Below, piece by piece: positions 1-11,281 of a stretch of 64,000 nt of DNA; the first letter of the stretch is position 1, and each line of letters begins with the position of its first letter. Position numbers and translations under genes: made by a program. The DNA lies in the NCBI RefSeq assembly GCF_044704955.1, contig NC_091988.1, forward strand, positions 95,914,001-95,978,000, read 5' to 3'. The notes under the pieces are model-generated. The model had not been told where the DNA came from. It searched no databases and was given only the letters and a program-made list of their open reading frames with translations. This stretch comes from Pristiophorus japonicus (lineage: Eukaryota).

Positions 1-335
1 TACAGGAACATTAATCTTACTTAAGGAAATTAAAGCCATCTCCCAGCCAAATTTCTGATTCTCAATTTTTCACCGTACAAGGCCAAGAAATCTGGACTCT
101 TTTCTTCTTTGACTGTGCACCCACCCCTCAACCTCTCTTACTTCTGTCCTGAAGGTGCTGATTGATCCTTGGGGTCATTTCCATGAACATGGAGTCAAGG
201 CATTGAGTGTTGTTCAACTGCAGGGGCATCACAACTGATCCTGTCATTACCTGGTAAACATCCACACACATTCCAACAACAGAGGAATGCTGAATCTTTT
301 TTCTCCCCATCTTGAGAAACCCCTGATCTATACTG

Positions 336-725
336 AGTGTCAGCTGTTGCTCAGTGTTATCACTCTTTCCTCTGAGTCCAAAGGTCGTGGGTTCAAATCG
401 CACTCCGGAGATCTGTGCACGTAATCCAGGCTGACACTCCAGTGCAGTACCGAGGGAGTGCTGCACTGTCGGAGGTGCCATCTTTCGGATGGGAAGATAA
501 ACCGAAGGCCGGTCTGTCCACATGAAAATTTATTGCCCAACCAATACCACTGGAAAGAGAGTAACTAATCATTTGTCTCACTGCTAAGTGTGGGATCTTG
601 CTGTGTGCAGATACGCTGCTGTTCCTCCGATATAACAGTGATTACACGTAAAACATACTTCATCGCCTGTGAGGTATTTTGGGACAGCCGGAAGATGTAA
701 AAGGTGTGATACTGTATAAATGAAA
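336..725 (+). mobile_element. tRNA-headed SINE with Deu-domain-like core (SacSINE1/DeuSINE-like)
   Basis: tRNA-like head (GCTCAGTG...GGTTCAAATC), core GGAGGTGCCATCTTTCGGATG...AAACCGAAGGCC, and L2-like 3' tail. The same core recurs about 10 times in the window. Confidence 0.75.
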
Positions 726-779
726 ATACTTCGGTTGTATTGGGCTCATGACCACGGGGCAATGCATTTAACTGGGCAT

Positions 780-1077
780 TGAAGTACCCCATCCCCCCAC
801 AGGAAGTGACAGATCCCCCCCCCTCCCCGGGCAGTGGGCACTCTCTCCTCTCCCTTCCCCCTGCCGCCGCCCCCCGCGGGCAGTGACCCTCTCTCTCCCC
901 CTCCGGGGACAGTGAGCCGCCCCTCTCTCTCTCTCTCTCTCTCTCCCCCCCCCCGGGACAGTGAGCCCTCCCTTTCTCCCCCGGGCTTTCTGCGCATGTG
1001 TCGGGCCGGTTTCCGGTCGGGCTCATGCTGCTGATTGTCGGTGCCGGAAGTGCCCGAGAGCACGTTAGCCGGAGCGG
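780..1077 (+). promoter_or_regulatory. THUMPD3: CpG-rich THUMPD3 promoter and putative non-coding exon 1
   Basis: GC/CpG-rich stretch with ETS-type CAGGAAGTG (800-808), TTCCGGT (1011-1017) and CCGGAAGTG (1044-1052), and NRF1-like TGCGCATGTG (991-1000). Candidate splice donor CGG|GTGAGG at 1077/1078. The TSS cannot be determined from sequence. Confidence 0.65.
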
Positions 1078-1207
1078 GTGAGGAGCCCCCGGGGAACCGG
1101 TACCGGGGGAGGGGGCGCGCATCGTACTGTGGCCGGGTCGGGAGCACTGATCCTTAATTCTGGCGGGACAGACGATTGGTGTCGGGGTCAGTCACTGGCT
1201 GGGGGTG

Positions 1208-3508
1208 GAGGTGTGACCTCGGTCACTGAGGGGGAGGGGAGGTGTGACCTCAGTCACTGAGGGGGAGGAGGAGGAGGAGGAGGGGAGGTGTGACCTCAGT
1301 CACTGAGGGGGAGGGGAGGTGTGACCTCGGTCACTTAGGGGGAGGGGGTGTGTGACCTCAGTCACTTAGGGGGAGGGGGGTGTGACCTCAGTCACTTAGG
1401 GGGAGGGGGGTGTGACCTCAGTCACTTAGGGGGAGGGGAGGTGTGACCTCGGTCACTGAGGGGGAGGGGGAGGGGAATTGTGACCTCGGTCACTGAGGGG
1501 GAGGGGAGGTGTGACCTCGGTCACTTAGGGGGAGGGGAGGTGTGACCTCGGTCACTTAGGGGGAGGGGAGGTGTGACCTCGGTCACTGAGGGGGAGGGGA
1601 GGGGAGGTGTGACCTCGGTCACTGAGGGGGAGGGGAGGGGAGGTGTGACCTCGGTCACTGAGGGGGAGGGGAGGGGAGGTGTGACCTCGGTCACTGAGGG
1701 GGAGGGGAGGGGAGGTGTGACCTCGGTCACTGAGGGGGAGGGGAGGGGAGGTGTGACCTCGGTCACTGAGGGGGAGGGGAGGGGAGGTGTGACCTCGGTC
1801 ACTGAGGGGGAGGGGGGGTGTGACCTCGGTCACTTAGGGGGAGGGGGGGTGTGACCTCGGTCACTTAGGGGGAGGGGAGGTGTGACCTCGGTCACTGAGG
1901 GGGAGGGGAGGGGAGGTGTGACCTCGGTCACTGAGGGGGAGGGGAGGGGAGGTGTGACCTCGGTCACTGAGGGGGAGGGGAGGGGAGGTGTGACCTCGGT
2001 CACTGAGGGGGAGGGGAGGGGAGGTGTGACATCGGTCACTGAGGGGGAGGGGGGGTGTGACCTCGGTCACTTAGGGGGAGGGGGGGTGTGACCTCGGTCA
2101 CTTAGGGGGAGGGGAGGTGTGACCTCGGTCACTGAGGGGGAGGGGAGGGGAGGTGTGACCTCGGTCACTGAGGGGGAGGGGAGGTGTGACCTCGGTCACT
2201 GAGGGGGAGGGGAGGGGAGGTGTGACCTCGGTCACTGAGGGGGAGGGGAGGGGAGGTGTGACCTCGGTCACTGAGGGGGAGGGGAGGGGAGGTGTGACCT
2301 CGGTCACTGAGGGGGAGGGGAGGTGTGACCTCGGTCACTGAGGGGGAGGGGAGGGGAGGGGAGGTGTGACCTCGGTCACTGAGGCGGAGGGGAGGGGAGG
2401 TGTGACCTCGGTCACTGAGGGGGAGGGGGCGGTGTGACCTCGGTCACTGAGGGGAGGGGGAGATGTGACCTCGGGGGAGGTGTGACCTCGGTCACTGGGG
2501 GGAGGGGAGGTGTGACCTCGGTCACTGAGGGGAGGGGGAGGTGTGACCTCGGTCACTGAGGGGGAGGGGAGGTGTGACCTCAGTCACTGAGGGGGAGGAG
2601 GGGAGGTGTGACCTCAGTCACTGAGGGGGAGGGGGAGGGGAGGTGTGACCTCGGTCACTGAGGGGGAGGGGGTGTGTGACCTCAGTCACTTAGGGGGAGG
2701 GGGGTGTGACCTCAGTCACTTAGGGGGAGGGGGGGTGTGACCTCAGTCACAGGGGGAGGGGAGGTGTGACCTCGGTCACTGAGGGGGAGGGGGAGGGGAA
2801 TTGTGACCTCGGTCACTGAGGGGGAGGGGGAGGGGAATTGTGACCTCGGTCACTGAGGGGGAGGGGAGGTGTGACCTCGGTCACTGAGGGGGAGGGGAGG
2901 TGTGACCTCGGTCACTGAGGGGGAGGGGAGGTGTGACCTCGGTCACTTAGGGGGAGGGGGGGTGTGACCTCGGTCACTTAGGGGGAGGGGGGGGTGTGAC
3001 CTCGGTCACTTAGGGGGAGGGGAGGTGTGACCTCGGTCACTGAGGGGGAGGGGAGGTGTGACCTCGGTCACTGAGGGGGAGGGGAGGTGTGACCTCGGTC
3101 ACTGAGGGGGAGGGGAGGGGAGGTGTGACATCGGTCACTGAGGGGGAGGGGGAGGTGTGACCTCGGTCACTGGGGGGAGGGGAGGTGTGACCTCGGTCAC
3201 TGAGGGGAGGGGGAGATGTGACCTCGGGGGAGGTGTGACCTCGGTCACTGGGGGGAGGGGAGGTGTGACCTCGGTCACTGAGGGGAGGGGGAGGTGTGAC
3301 CTCGGTCACTGAGGGGAGGGGGAGGTGTGACCTCGGTCACTGAGGGGAGGGGAGGGGAGGTGTGACCTCGGTCACTGAGGGGGAGGGGAGGGGAGGTGTG
3401 ACATTGGTCACTGAGGGGGAGGGGAGGTGTGACCTCGGTCACTGAGGGTGTGTGTAGGTGTTGACCTCGGTCACTGAGGGGAGGGGGAGGTGTGACCTCG
3501 GTCACTGA
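1208..3508. repeat. Minisatellite, roughly 80 units of ~26-36 bp: palindromic GTGACCTCGGTCAC core plus variable GGGGA tracts
   Basis: Directly visible tandem array. The TEVTPPLPSPS-type ORFs here are artefacts of the repeat. Confidence 0.97.
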
Positions 3509-3789
3509 GAGGTCCTGGGTCTGATCCCACTCACAGTGAGTCTTAGGCAGAATGCAGCAGCTCTCTCTTGCTGCTTACTTGACACTGCCGGAAAGAACAC
3601 TGACATTACTGTGACTGACTCACGACTAACTGTTTTCTTATTAATTTGGGATTTTTGCCGAGTTCCCCGATTCTGGCCGTTCCTGTGTGAAAACGAATTC
3701 AGTAGTATTAACAAATAGCAACTACATCCACAAATGCAGAGACTTGTGAGCTGGTGGGGGAGGGGGGTCTGTCAGTGACTGAGGGAATG

Positions 3790-4092
3790 TCGGATGATCT
3801 ATTAAACCTCTGCCCTCTCAGGTGGATGTAAAAGATCCCACGGCACTATTTTGAAAAAGAGAAGGCGAGTTCTCCCCGGTGTCCTAACCAATATTTATCC
3901 CTCAACCAATACCGCTAAAACAGATTATCTCGTCATGATCTCATTGCTGTTTGTGGGATCACGATCGCAAAGTGGCTGCCGCGTTTCCTATGTTACAACA
4001 CTTCAAGAAGTAATTAATTGGCCATAAAGCGCTTTGAGACGTCCTGAAGTCGTAAAAAGAGCTATATAAATTCAAGTCTTTCTCGTTCTTTT
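3790..4092 (+). mobile_element. 5'-truncated Deu-core SINE whose tail abuts the THUMPD3 exon 2 acceptor
   Basis: CTGCCCTCTCAGGTGGATGTAAAAGATCCCA core and a tail ending TATAAATTCAAGTCTTTCTCGTTCTTTT. Confidence 0.8.
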
Positions 4093-4105
4093 AAATATTG
4101 AAGAG

Positions 4106-4372
4106 ATGTCTGTGCTGAATGGAGATGCCGATGGGCTAACTGCAGCAGCGAGCGTGACTGATGTGGAAGACGGTCCTGTTGAAAATGGAGCAGTGAGAAT
4201 GAAGCAGAGTGACGGCTCACCAGAGGGTTCGATCACCGTCGGAGCGACCGTTCCAACCGGCTTCGAGAACACCGCTGCCGACGAAGTCCGGGAGAAAATT
4301 GGATCCGAGTCCAGGATTAGCAAGGATCGAGGAAGGATTTATTTCCCGGTGTCCATGGATAATCTTTTTCAG
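4106..4372 (+). CDS. THUMPD3: THUMPD3 coding exon 1 (start codon), tRNA (guanine-N2)-methyltransferase
   Basis: Encodes MSVLNG...TVGATVPTGFENTAADEVREKIGSESRISKDRGRIYFPVSMDNLFQ, matching the THUMPD3 N-terminus (human TIGATVPTGFEQTAADEVREKLG). Donor CAG|GTTGGT. Confidence 0.95.
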
Positions 4373-4464
4373 GTTGGTTTATATTGTTCCATATATTTTT
4401 TCCTTTCCTTACATATTAGAGCAGTGGCAGCCCACTGGCACCTCGTCCAACGCGAGTGATCCAC

Positions 4465-4975
4465 CACCAACAACAACTTTTATTTATATAGCACCTTTAA
4501 CGTAGTGAAACGTCCCAAGGCGCTTCACAGGAGTATTATGAGATAAAACATTTGACACCGAGCTGCATAAGTAGAAATTAGGGCAGGTGACCAAATGTTT
4601 AGTCAAAAAGGTAGGTTTTAAGGAACGTGTTGAAGGAGGTAGAGAGGCGGAGAGGTTTAGGGAGGGAGTTCCAGACCTTGGGGCCTAGGCAATAGAAGGC
4701 CAGGCCACCAATGGTTGAGCGATTATAATCTAGGTTCAAGAGGGCAGAATTAGAGGAGTGCAGACATCTCGGGTGGGGGGGTTGTGGGGGGGGCGGGGGG
4801 AGGAGATTAGAGATAGGAAGGGGTGAGGCCATGGAGGGATTTGAAAACAAGGATGAGAATTTTGAAATTGAGGCGTTGCTTAACCAGAAGCCAATGTAGG
4901 TCAGCGAGCACAGGGATGATGGATGAGCAGGACTTGGTGCGAGTTAGGACACGGGCAGCCGAGTTTTGGATCACG
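4465..4975 (-). mobile_element. L2-clade LINE 3' fragment
   Basis: Minus-strand peptide GPKVWNSLPKPLRLSTS...FLKTYLFD is typical of an L2 ORF2 C-terminus, and there is a (TTG)n tail. Confidence 0.75.
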
Positions 4976-5104
4976 TCCAGCAGCTGGGAGATCAGTTGCC
5001 CCCACAGCCCTAGCTCAGCACAGACTGGGAGTCAAACCCAGGACCTTACTGGTCTGTGTGTCTCAGCCACGGCTCAGCCTCTGAGCCAGCCGTTTGCGAG
5101 TTTG

Positions 5105-5655
5105 AGCTCACTCCAAGAACTTGAGTACAGAATCCAGACTGACCCTTCAGTGCAGTACTGAGGTAGTGCTGCACTATCGGAGGTGCCAGCTTTCGGATGA
5201 AACGTCAAACTGAGGCTCCATCTGCCTGTTCAGGTGGACGTGAAAGATCCCATCGCAACTATTCGAAGAGCAGCACCTGGCCAACATTTATCCCTTAATC
5301 ATAACCTAATTTATCACATTGCTCTTTGCGGGATCTCACTGTGCACACATCTGCGTTTTCTACATTACAACTGTGATTATACTTCAAAAAGGGTTCAATT
5401 GGCTATGAGATAGAGGAATGTAGAAACAGGAGGAAACCATTCAACCCCTCGAGCCTGTTCCGCCATTCAGTGAGATCGTGGCTGATTTGCAATCTAACTC
5501 CATATACCCGCCTTTCGCTCATGTCCCTGAATACCTTTGGTTAACAAAAAGCTATCGGTCACCAATTTTAAAATTAATAATTGATCTATCATCAGTTGTC
5601 GTTTGCGAAAGAGATGTGTCATCAGGATGTGAAAGCTCTATATAAATGCAAATTA
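5105..5655 (+). mobile_element. Deu-core SINE interrupted by a minus-strand CR1 3' tail (~5410-5615)
   Basis: SINE core GGAGGTGCCAGCTTTCGGATG, with the CR1 tail motif CCCCTCGAGCCTGTTCCGCCATTCA inside it. Confidence 0.7.
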
Positions 5656-5689
5656 ATTTGTTGTTCATCACCCTGGGCAGTACATAGTA

Positions 5690-6147
5690 AATAAGAAAGA
5701 AAGACTTACATTTCTATAGTGCCTTTCATGACCACCGGACATCTCAAAGCACTTAACAGCCAATGAAATACTTCTGAAGTGTAGTCACTGTTGTAATGTA
5801 GGAAACGTGGCAGCCAATTTACGCACAGCAAGCTCCCACAAGACTGCAATGTGATAATGACCAGATAATCTGTTTTTGTTCCGTTGATTAAGGGATAAAT
5901 ATTGGCCAGGACACCGGGGATAATTCCCCTGCTCTCTTCAAAATAGTACCATGGAATCTTTTATGTGCACCTGAGGGGGCAGACGGGGCCTCGGTTTAAC
6001 GACTCATCCGAAAGACGGCACCTCGCGACAGCGCTCCCTCACTGGAGTGTCAGCCTAGAATTATGTGCTCAAGTTCCTGGAGTGGGACTAGAACCCACAA
6101 CTTCTGACTCGGAGGCGAGTGTGCTCCCCACTGAACCATAGGTGGCA
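5690..6147 (-). mobile_element. Full-length Deu-core SINE
   Basis: Reverse complement of the SINE core, with a GAAAGAAAGAC tail at left and a tRNA head at right. Confidence 0.8.
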
Positions 6148-6252
6148 CTATAAACTCGGGGAAGACACTCAAATTATTTTCTCAACTCATATCTGTCTTT
6201 TCAACTGCTAATTCATGGGAATTTCATAGATATATACTTTTTTCTCTTTCAG

Positions 6253-6330
6253 GTTCATCTTTTGAGATCTGTTGATAATTTATTTGTTGTTGTCCAGGAG
6301 TTTCCTCATTACCAGTTTGATGAAAGCAAG
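6253..6330 (+). CDS. THUMPD3: THUMPD3 coding exon 2
   Basis: Acceptor TTTCAG|, encodes VHLLRSVDNLFVVVQEFPHYQFDESK, donor |GTAAGA; 78 nt, phase 0/0. Confidence 0.95.
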
Positions 6331-6654
6331 GTAAGAACCTTACTAAAGTCATACACCAAAGATTAAATGTGGACAGAGCTTCAAATAGCCTTTCAAAGGA
6401 GCTTTAAAATTAACTAAATCACCATTTCACTTGACATCAGCTTGCCTTTTTTGACTAAATTCATCGTGAACCTAGCCCTGTCCTCTCTTTTCTGCTGCTG
6501 TTGCTCCTTTTGCTGTCCCCACTTCTACCTACGTCTGGTTCTTAATAGACCTCTCTGCTGAGCACTGGCAGTGATCCAGGCCACTGTATACTGTCGGCCA
6601 GCAACCCTCACAACAACAGGCGTTCCTGCCACCAGCAACTGGGACTGTTAAACA

Positions 6655-7652
6655 ACTGAAGCTTGGAATGGTCCAATAGCAGCTGGTGAACCCCTGGAAT
6701 GGTCCATTAGCAGCTTTTAAATCCCTGGAATGGTCCATTAGCAGCTGGTGAAGCCTGGAATGGGCCATTAGCAGCTGCTGAAACTCTTTTGAGTTTACCT
6801 GAAAATAAACATAAACATTAAAACCATGCCACCCGCCTGGGTGACACAGCTGACATTTTCAAGGCCCCTTTTTTTTTCCCTTTTTTTTTTTGGGGCGCTA
6901 AAATCAAATTTTTTCCAGTGCCCCCTATAAAAGGGGAGGGGGACACTAAAAGCACCGGCAATTAAAACAAATTAAACTTTAAAACGTAAAATCAAATTAA
7001 AATTTGGTTGCCGGGCGTGATGATGCACTCCAGTCCCTCCGGTGCCCACCTCTCGCAGAAGGCCGCGAGCGTACCGGTGGACACCGCGTGCTCCATCTCC
7101 AAGGACACCCTGGACTGGATGTAAGAGCGGAAGAGAGGCAGGCAGTCAGGTTGAACGACCCCCTCGACCGCCCGCTGCCTGGACCGGCTGATGGCACCCT
7201 TGGCCGTGCCCAGGAGCAGTCCTACGAGGAGGCCCTCGGACCTACCCGCTCCCCTCCGCACAGGGTGCCCAAAGATCAGGAGAGTGGGACTGAAGTGCAG
7301 CCAGAATTTCAGGAGCAGCCCCTTCAAATAATGGAACAGGGGCTGCAACCTTGTGCACTCAATAAAAACATGGAACACGGACTCCTCCAGACCGCAGAAA
7401 TTGCAGGCGGCCTGGGAGTCCGTGAACCGGCTTAAAAATTTGTTGCACGGCACTGCTCCGTGCACCACCCTCCAGGCCAAGTCCCCGATGAATAGTGGGA
7501 GGACCCCTGCGTAGAGTGCCCTTCATCGGGGACCCCCGCCTCCTCCGGACGGCAAGATGGTACGCCATGGTGTGTCCGGACGGCTCTAGCAGCTGCTGAA
7601 GCCTGGAATGGGCCATTAGCAGCTGGTGAAGCCTGGAATGGGCCATTAGCAG
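6655..7652. repeat. ~30-bp tandem repeat (AGCAGCTGGTGAAGCCTGGAATGGGCCATT) split by a Tx1/L1 insertion
   Basis: About 4 units at 6655-6782 and about 2 units at 7587-7652. Confidence 0.85.
6783..7586 (-). mobile_element. 5'-truncated Tx1/L1-clade LINE (ORF2 C-terminal zinc knuckle) with a 14-bp TSD
   Basis: Minus ORF 6992-7480 reads AWRVVHGAVPCN...CNFCGLEESVFHVFIEC (CX2C...HX4C, L1/Tx1 C-terminus). TSD TAGCAGCTGCTGAA at 6769-6782 and 7587-7600. Confidence 0.85.
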
Positions 7653-8879
7653 GTCGATCAGGGGAGTTGCGGGATAGGGAGGGAAATGAATAACACAATG
7701 GAGCGGAGAGGGGGTAGGGAAATGGACAGTGGATGGCATTGAAACAGAGAAAGGGACAATGAAGGGGAGAGGGGAAATGAAAAGAAGGCAGGAGTGGTGC
7801 TTTGAGGTAACGGAGCAGAATGTTAGTGTTAACTAAAGGAGCAGGGGAGAGAGTTCAAGCACGAGCTGTGGTGTGGGAGAAAGAGTGTCAGGGGAAGTGG
7901 GGAACCCAATGCTAGCTTGAACTGAGGAGGTACAAGAGGGAAACAAGTGCCAGCTTGTACTAGGACGTTCAGTAGTGGCAGCTTGACTGAAAGGGTGTAA
8001 GACGCATCAGCTTGGTCTGGATTGGATGTGGAGACGAGTGCAGGTTGAATAGAGATGGAAGGGGAAAGGAGGAAGGAGTTCCAGAATCAACTGGGAGGGT
8101 AGGAAGCAGAGGAAAGGGTGGAGAGTTGGATTTAAAGCTGTCTCTCTGTGAGTTAGGTTCAATGGGGTGCAGAGTAACTCTGAACTGGGGCAGGAGGTGA
8201 TTGCTTGTGAGAGAGTAACTGTTGAGGTAAGTTTTGGGGAATTGATGGTCTAATAATTGAGAAATATTGATAAAAATGCTTACATTTAACCAGAATTAAT
8301 CATTTGAGTGCAAAAGTTGAAACTTTCCTGGAGTGCATTCGCTAGTATCCCTGTAGAAGTGCACCACCAAATTTGTGCCTTCAGCATTTGCATTTTCCTC
8401 TTCAAGCTTTCATGTACTTATGCTTTCGTCCTCCAATAGAAGTGATGGAGTTTCCTGTACACCTACAGCTTAAGGTCCAAAGGCCATGTGGCTGATTGTT
8501 TTCACACATCATATGCTTATGATCAGGGCCATTCATGAGCTGTCAGATTTTTGGGACTGTCAAAGCGGTTGGTCTGCTTTGCGGGCCTGCATGTTTTCAT
8601 TCCTTCTCCATTGCTACTCCTCTCCTGAGAGCTCGGGCTCATGCTGGCACACCGTGCTCCACTCAGTACCTCACACAAGTGGCCAGTCTTCATGTGCGAA
8701 TTTAGGGAGGCCATCAAGGCGAGTCCGTGGGAGTCCTTGCGCAGTTATCAGTAGTAGGAACTCTGCACTTCCACTTAACCTAGGGGCGCTGAGGACAATT
8801 CTAACCCCCAATTGCTGCCCTGGCTCAGATCAGACTGGGGTATGAACCTGCATATTGTGGTGTGCATGGCTGAGTTAAA

Positions 8880-9520
8880 AGAAAAAAAGGCACAGGAACA
8901 GGACGAGGCCATTCGTCTCCTTGAGCCTGTTCCACCATTACATCATGGCTGAACTGCACCTCAACTCCATTTAACCGTCTTGATTCCATATCCCTTAATA
9001 TCCTTGTCTAAATATAAATCTCAAGTGTTGAAATTTTCAATTGACCCAGCCTAAACTGCTTTTTGGGGGGAGAGACTTCCAGATTCCGACTACCCTTTAT
9101 GTGAAGAAGTGCTTCCTGACATCACCCCTGAACGGCCTAGCTCTAATTTTAAGGTTATGCCCCCTTGTTCTGGATTCCCCCCCACCAGAGGAAATAGTTT
9201 CTTTCTATCTGCCCTATCGACTCTTTAAATCATCTTAAACACCTCAATTAGATCACCCTTTAATCTTCAGTATTCAAGGGAATACAATAGTCTGTGTAAC
9301 CTGTCCTCATAATTTAACCCTTTCAGCTCCGATATCATTCTGGTGAATCTGTGCTGCACCCCCTCCGAGACCAATATATCCTTCCTGAGGGCAGGGCCCA
9401 CAACTGGAAGCAGTACTCCAGATGGAGTCTAACCAGATCTCTGTACAGCTGTAACATAACTTCCAACCTCTTTGTATTCCAGCCCTCTTGAGATAAAGGC
9501 CAACATTCCATTAACTATCA
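8880..9520 (-). mobile_element. CR1 LINE 3' fragment
   Basis: Reverse complement of a CR1 RT C-terminus and 3' UTR (GGCCATT...GAGCCTGTTCCACC). Confidence 0.75.
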
Positions 9521-9885
9521 TTTAATAAGTGCCTTTCATGTCCTCGGGACGTCTCAAAGGGCTTTAAAGTCAATTAAGTACTTTAGAAGTGTAGCCACTG
9601 TTGTAATGTAGGAAATGCGGCAGCCAATTTGTGCACAGCATGGTCCCATAAACAGCAATGTGATAATGACCAGATAGTGATGCTAGTTGAGGGATAAATA
9701 TTGGCCAAGACACTGGGGAGAACTCCCCTGAACTTCTTCGAAATAGTGCATTGGGATCTATAACCTGAGAGGGTAGACGGGGCCTTGGTTTAACATCTTG
9801 TCCGAAAGGCGGTGCCTCCGACAGTACAGCGCCCCCTCAGCACTGCACTGGAAGTGTCAGCTTCAATTTTGTACATCAGTCTCAT
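9520..9885 (-). mobile_element. Deu-core SINE
   Basis: Reverse-complement SINE core ending just before the exon acceptor at 9915. Confidence 0.75.
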
Positions 9886-9915
9886 TGTTTATGAGTACGT
9901 CATTTTCTTTAACAG

Positions 9916-10476
9916 GAAAATGTACTGGAGGACTTCAGGCAGTTGGCTGGCCGGCTTCTCTGGACTTCTCCCCTTGAAGTATGGGAATTAAACAACAGTC
10001 TGAAGAAGAGGAAGTTCCAGCACAGCAAAGGCAGCCGAGGAAGTATTCCAGATACAGAAGCACCACAGGAGGCTGACGAAAATAAAGACGCCCATTTGGA
10101 GCCCATCCCCTCTGACCAATCAGCTGCTGGAGATGGCAGGACGGGATCGCCCCCCTCCGATTCGAGGCCAAATGGAGATCAGACCTGTGAAATCGATGAG
10201 GCCACCTTGCTCCCTAATGATGCAGTCGCTGATCTGGTGGTGCTCTGTAATCAAGCAAAGCTTTCACACGAGGAGCTTCCATCCGACAAAAGCGAAGATA
10301 CAGCTGTAGAAGGCGAGGACGAAGGGAAGGGCTGTGGGCCACTTCGGTTCCGCGTCACCTGCAACCGAGCTGGGGAAAAGCACAGCTTCACCTCAATGGA
10401 GGCGGCCAGGGAATTCGGAGGAGCGGTTCAGGATCTGTTCCAATGGAAGGCTGATATGACCAAATTCGACGTGGAG
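9916..10476 (+). CDS. THUMPD3: THUMPD3 coding exon 3 (acidic linker and start of the THUMP domain)
   Basis: Acceptor AACAG|, encodes ENVLEDFRQLAGRLLW...LRFRVTCNRAGEKHSFTSMEAAREFGGAVQDLFQWKADMTKFDVE, donor |GTACGC; 561 nt. Confidence 0.95.
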
Positions 10477-11281
10477 GTACGCAATGATTTATTTAATTAT
10501 TCCCTCCCCACCCCCACCCCCCCTTTTTCTTCCCTTCTCTTAAGCTGCCAGCTGCTGTGGATTGCCCGCCACCATCTCGGACAAGTAGCTGTTCATCACA
10601 TGCGAACCCCGCCGTGAGGATCAGACGGCTGCTCAACCGTGTGTGGCCTCACAGCCAGGCCTAGCCCCACCCACACAGTGTCACGTTGCCACTGTTTCAT
10701 GCTGGAGACCGCTTTCAGTGGGACGAGTTACAGAAGAAAATGGAGCAAATAGCAAGCAGAAGGATTGATTTGAAAGCACTGACCAGTTGGGCGCTGAGCT
10801 ACAGCACACAAAAGATGGCGGCCGCAGCGCTATCACCTCCCCTTTAAGGGCGGCCGGGTTGTCCCAGCCACCACAGCTCCTCGCCCGCGAAGCTGTCGGT
10901 GGCAATTTCCCTCACGGGGCGCAAAGGGGTCGGTGCACACAGCGATGATGTCACTACTCATGGGGTGCGGCACAAAGCACCTTTTGCGCTCCGAGCCCCG
11001 TGGGGAGTGAGCGCTCTAGCTGCCGCGCCTGGCGAATACCCTTTAGTGCCCCATTAGCGCCTCCCAGAGGTGCTAACCAGCCTTTCTGAGAGAGGCAATT
11101 TCAGTCCCTTTGTCTTTACCTGTGTTGTAGTAACACGTGTGCTGGAATTTAGGATTCCATCTTAGTCTCCTATCAGTTAAAATATGGAGGTGTCGCACTC
11201 GGGACCCAACTGTACAGGCTGAAATAGCCGAATTTTATATATATATATATATATATAGAAACAGTATTTAGGTGTATAAAT

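Noticed and set aside
565-1147. Minus-strand ORFs (185 and 133 aa) as a divergent gene
   Set aside because: Low-complexity products of GC-rich promoter DNA running into a SINE, with no recognisable domain.
1208-3508. CRISPR-like array (palindromic repeat plus spacer)
   Set aside because: The spacers are not unique, only GGGGA runs. There are no cas genes, and the context is a vertebrate intron.
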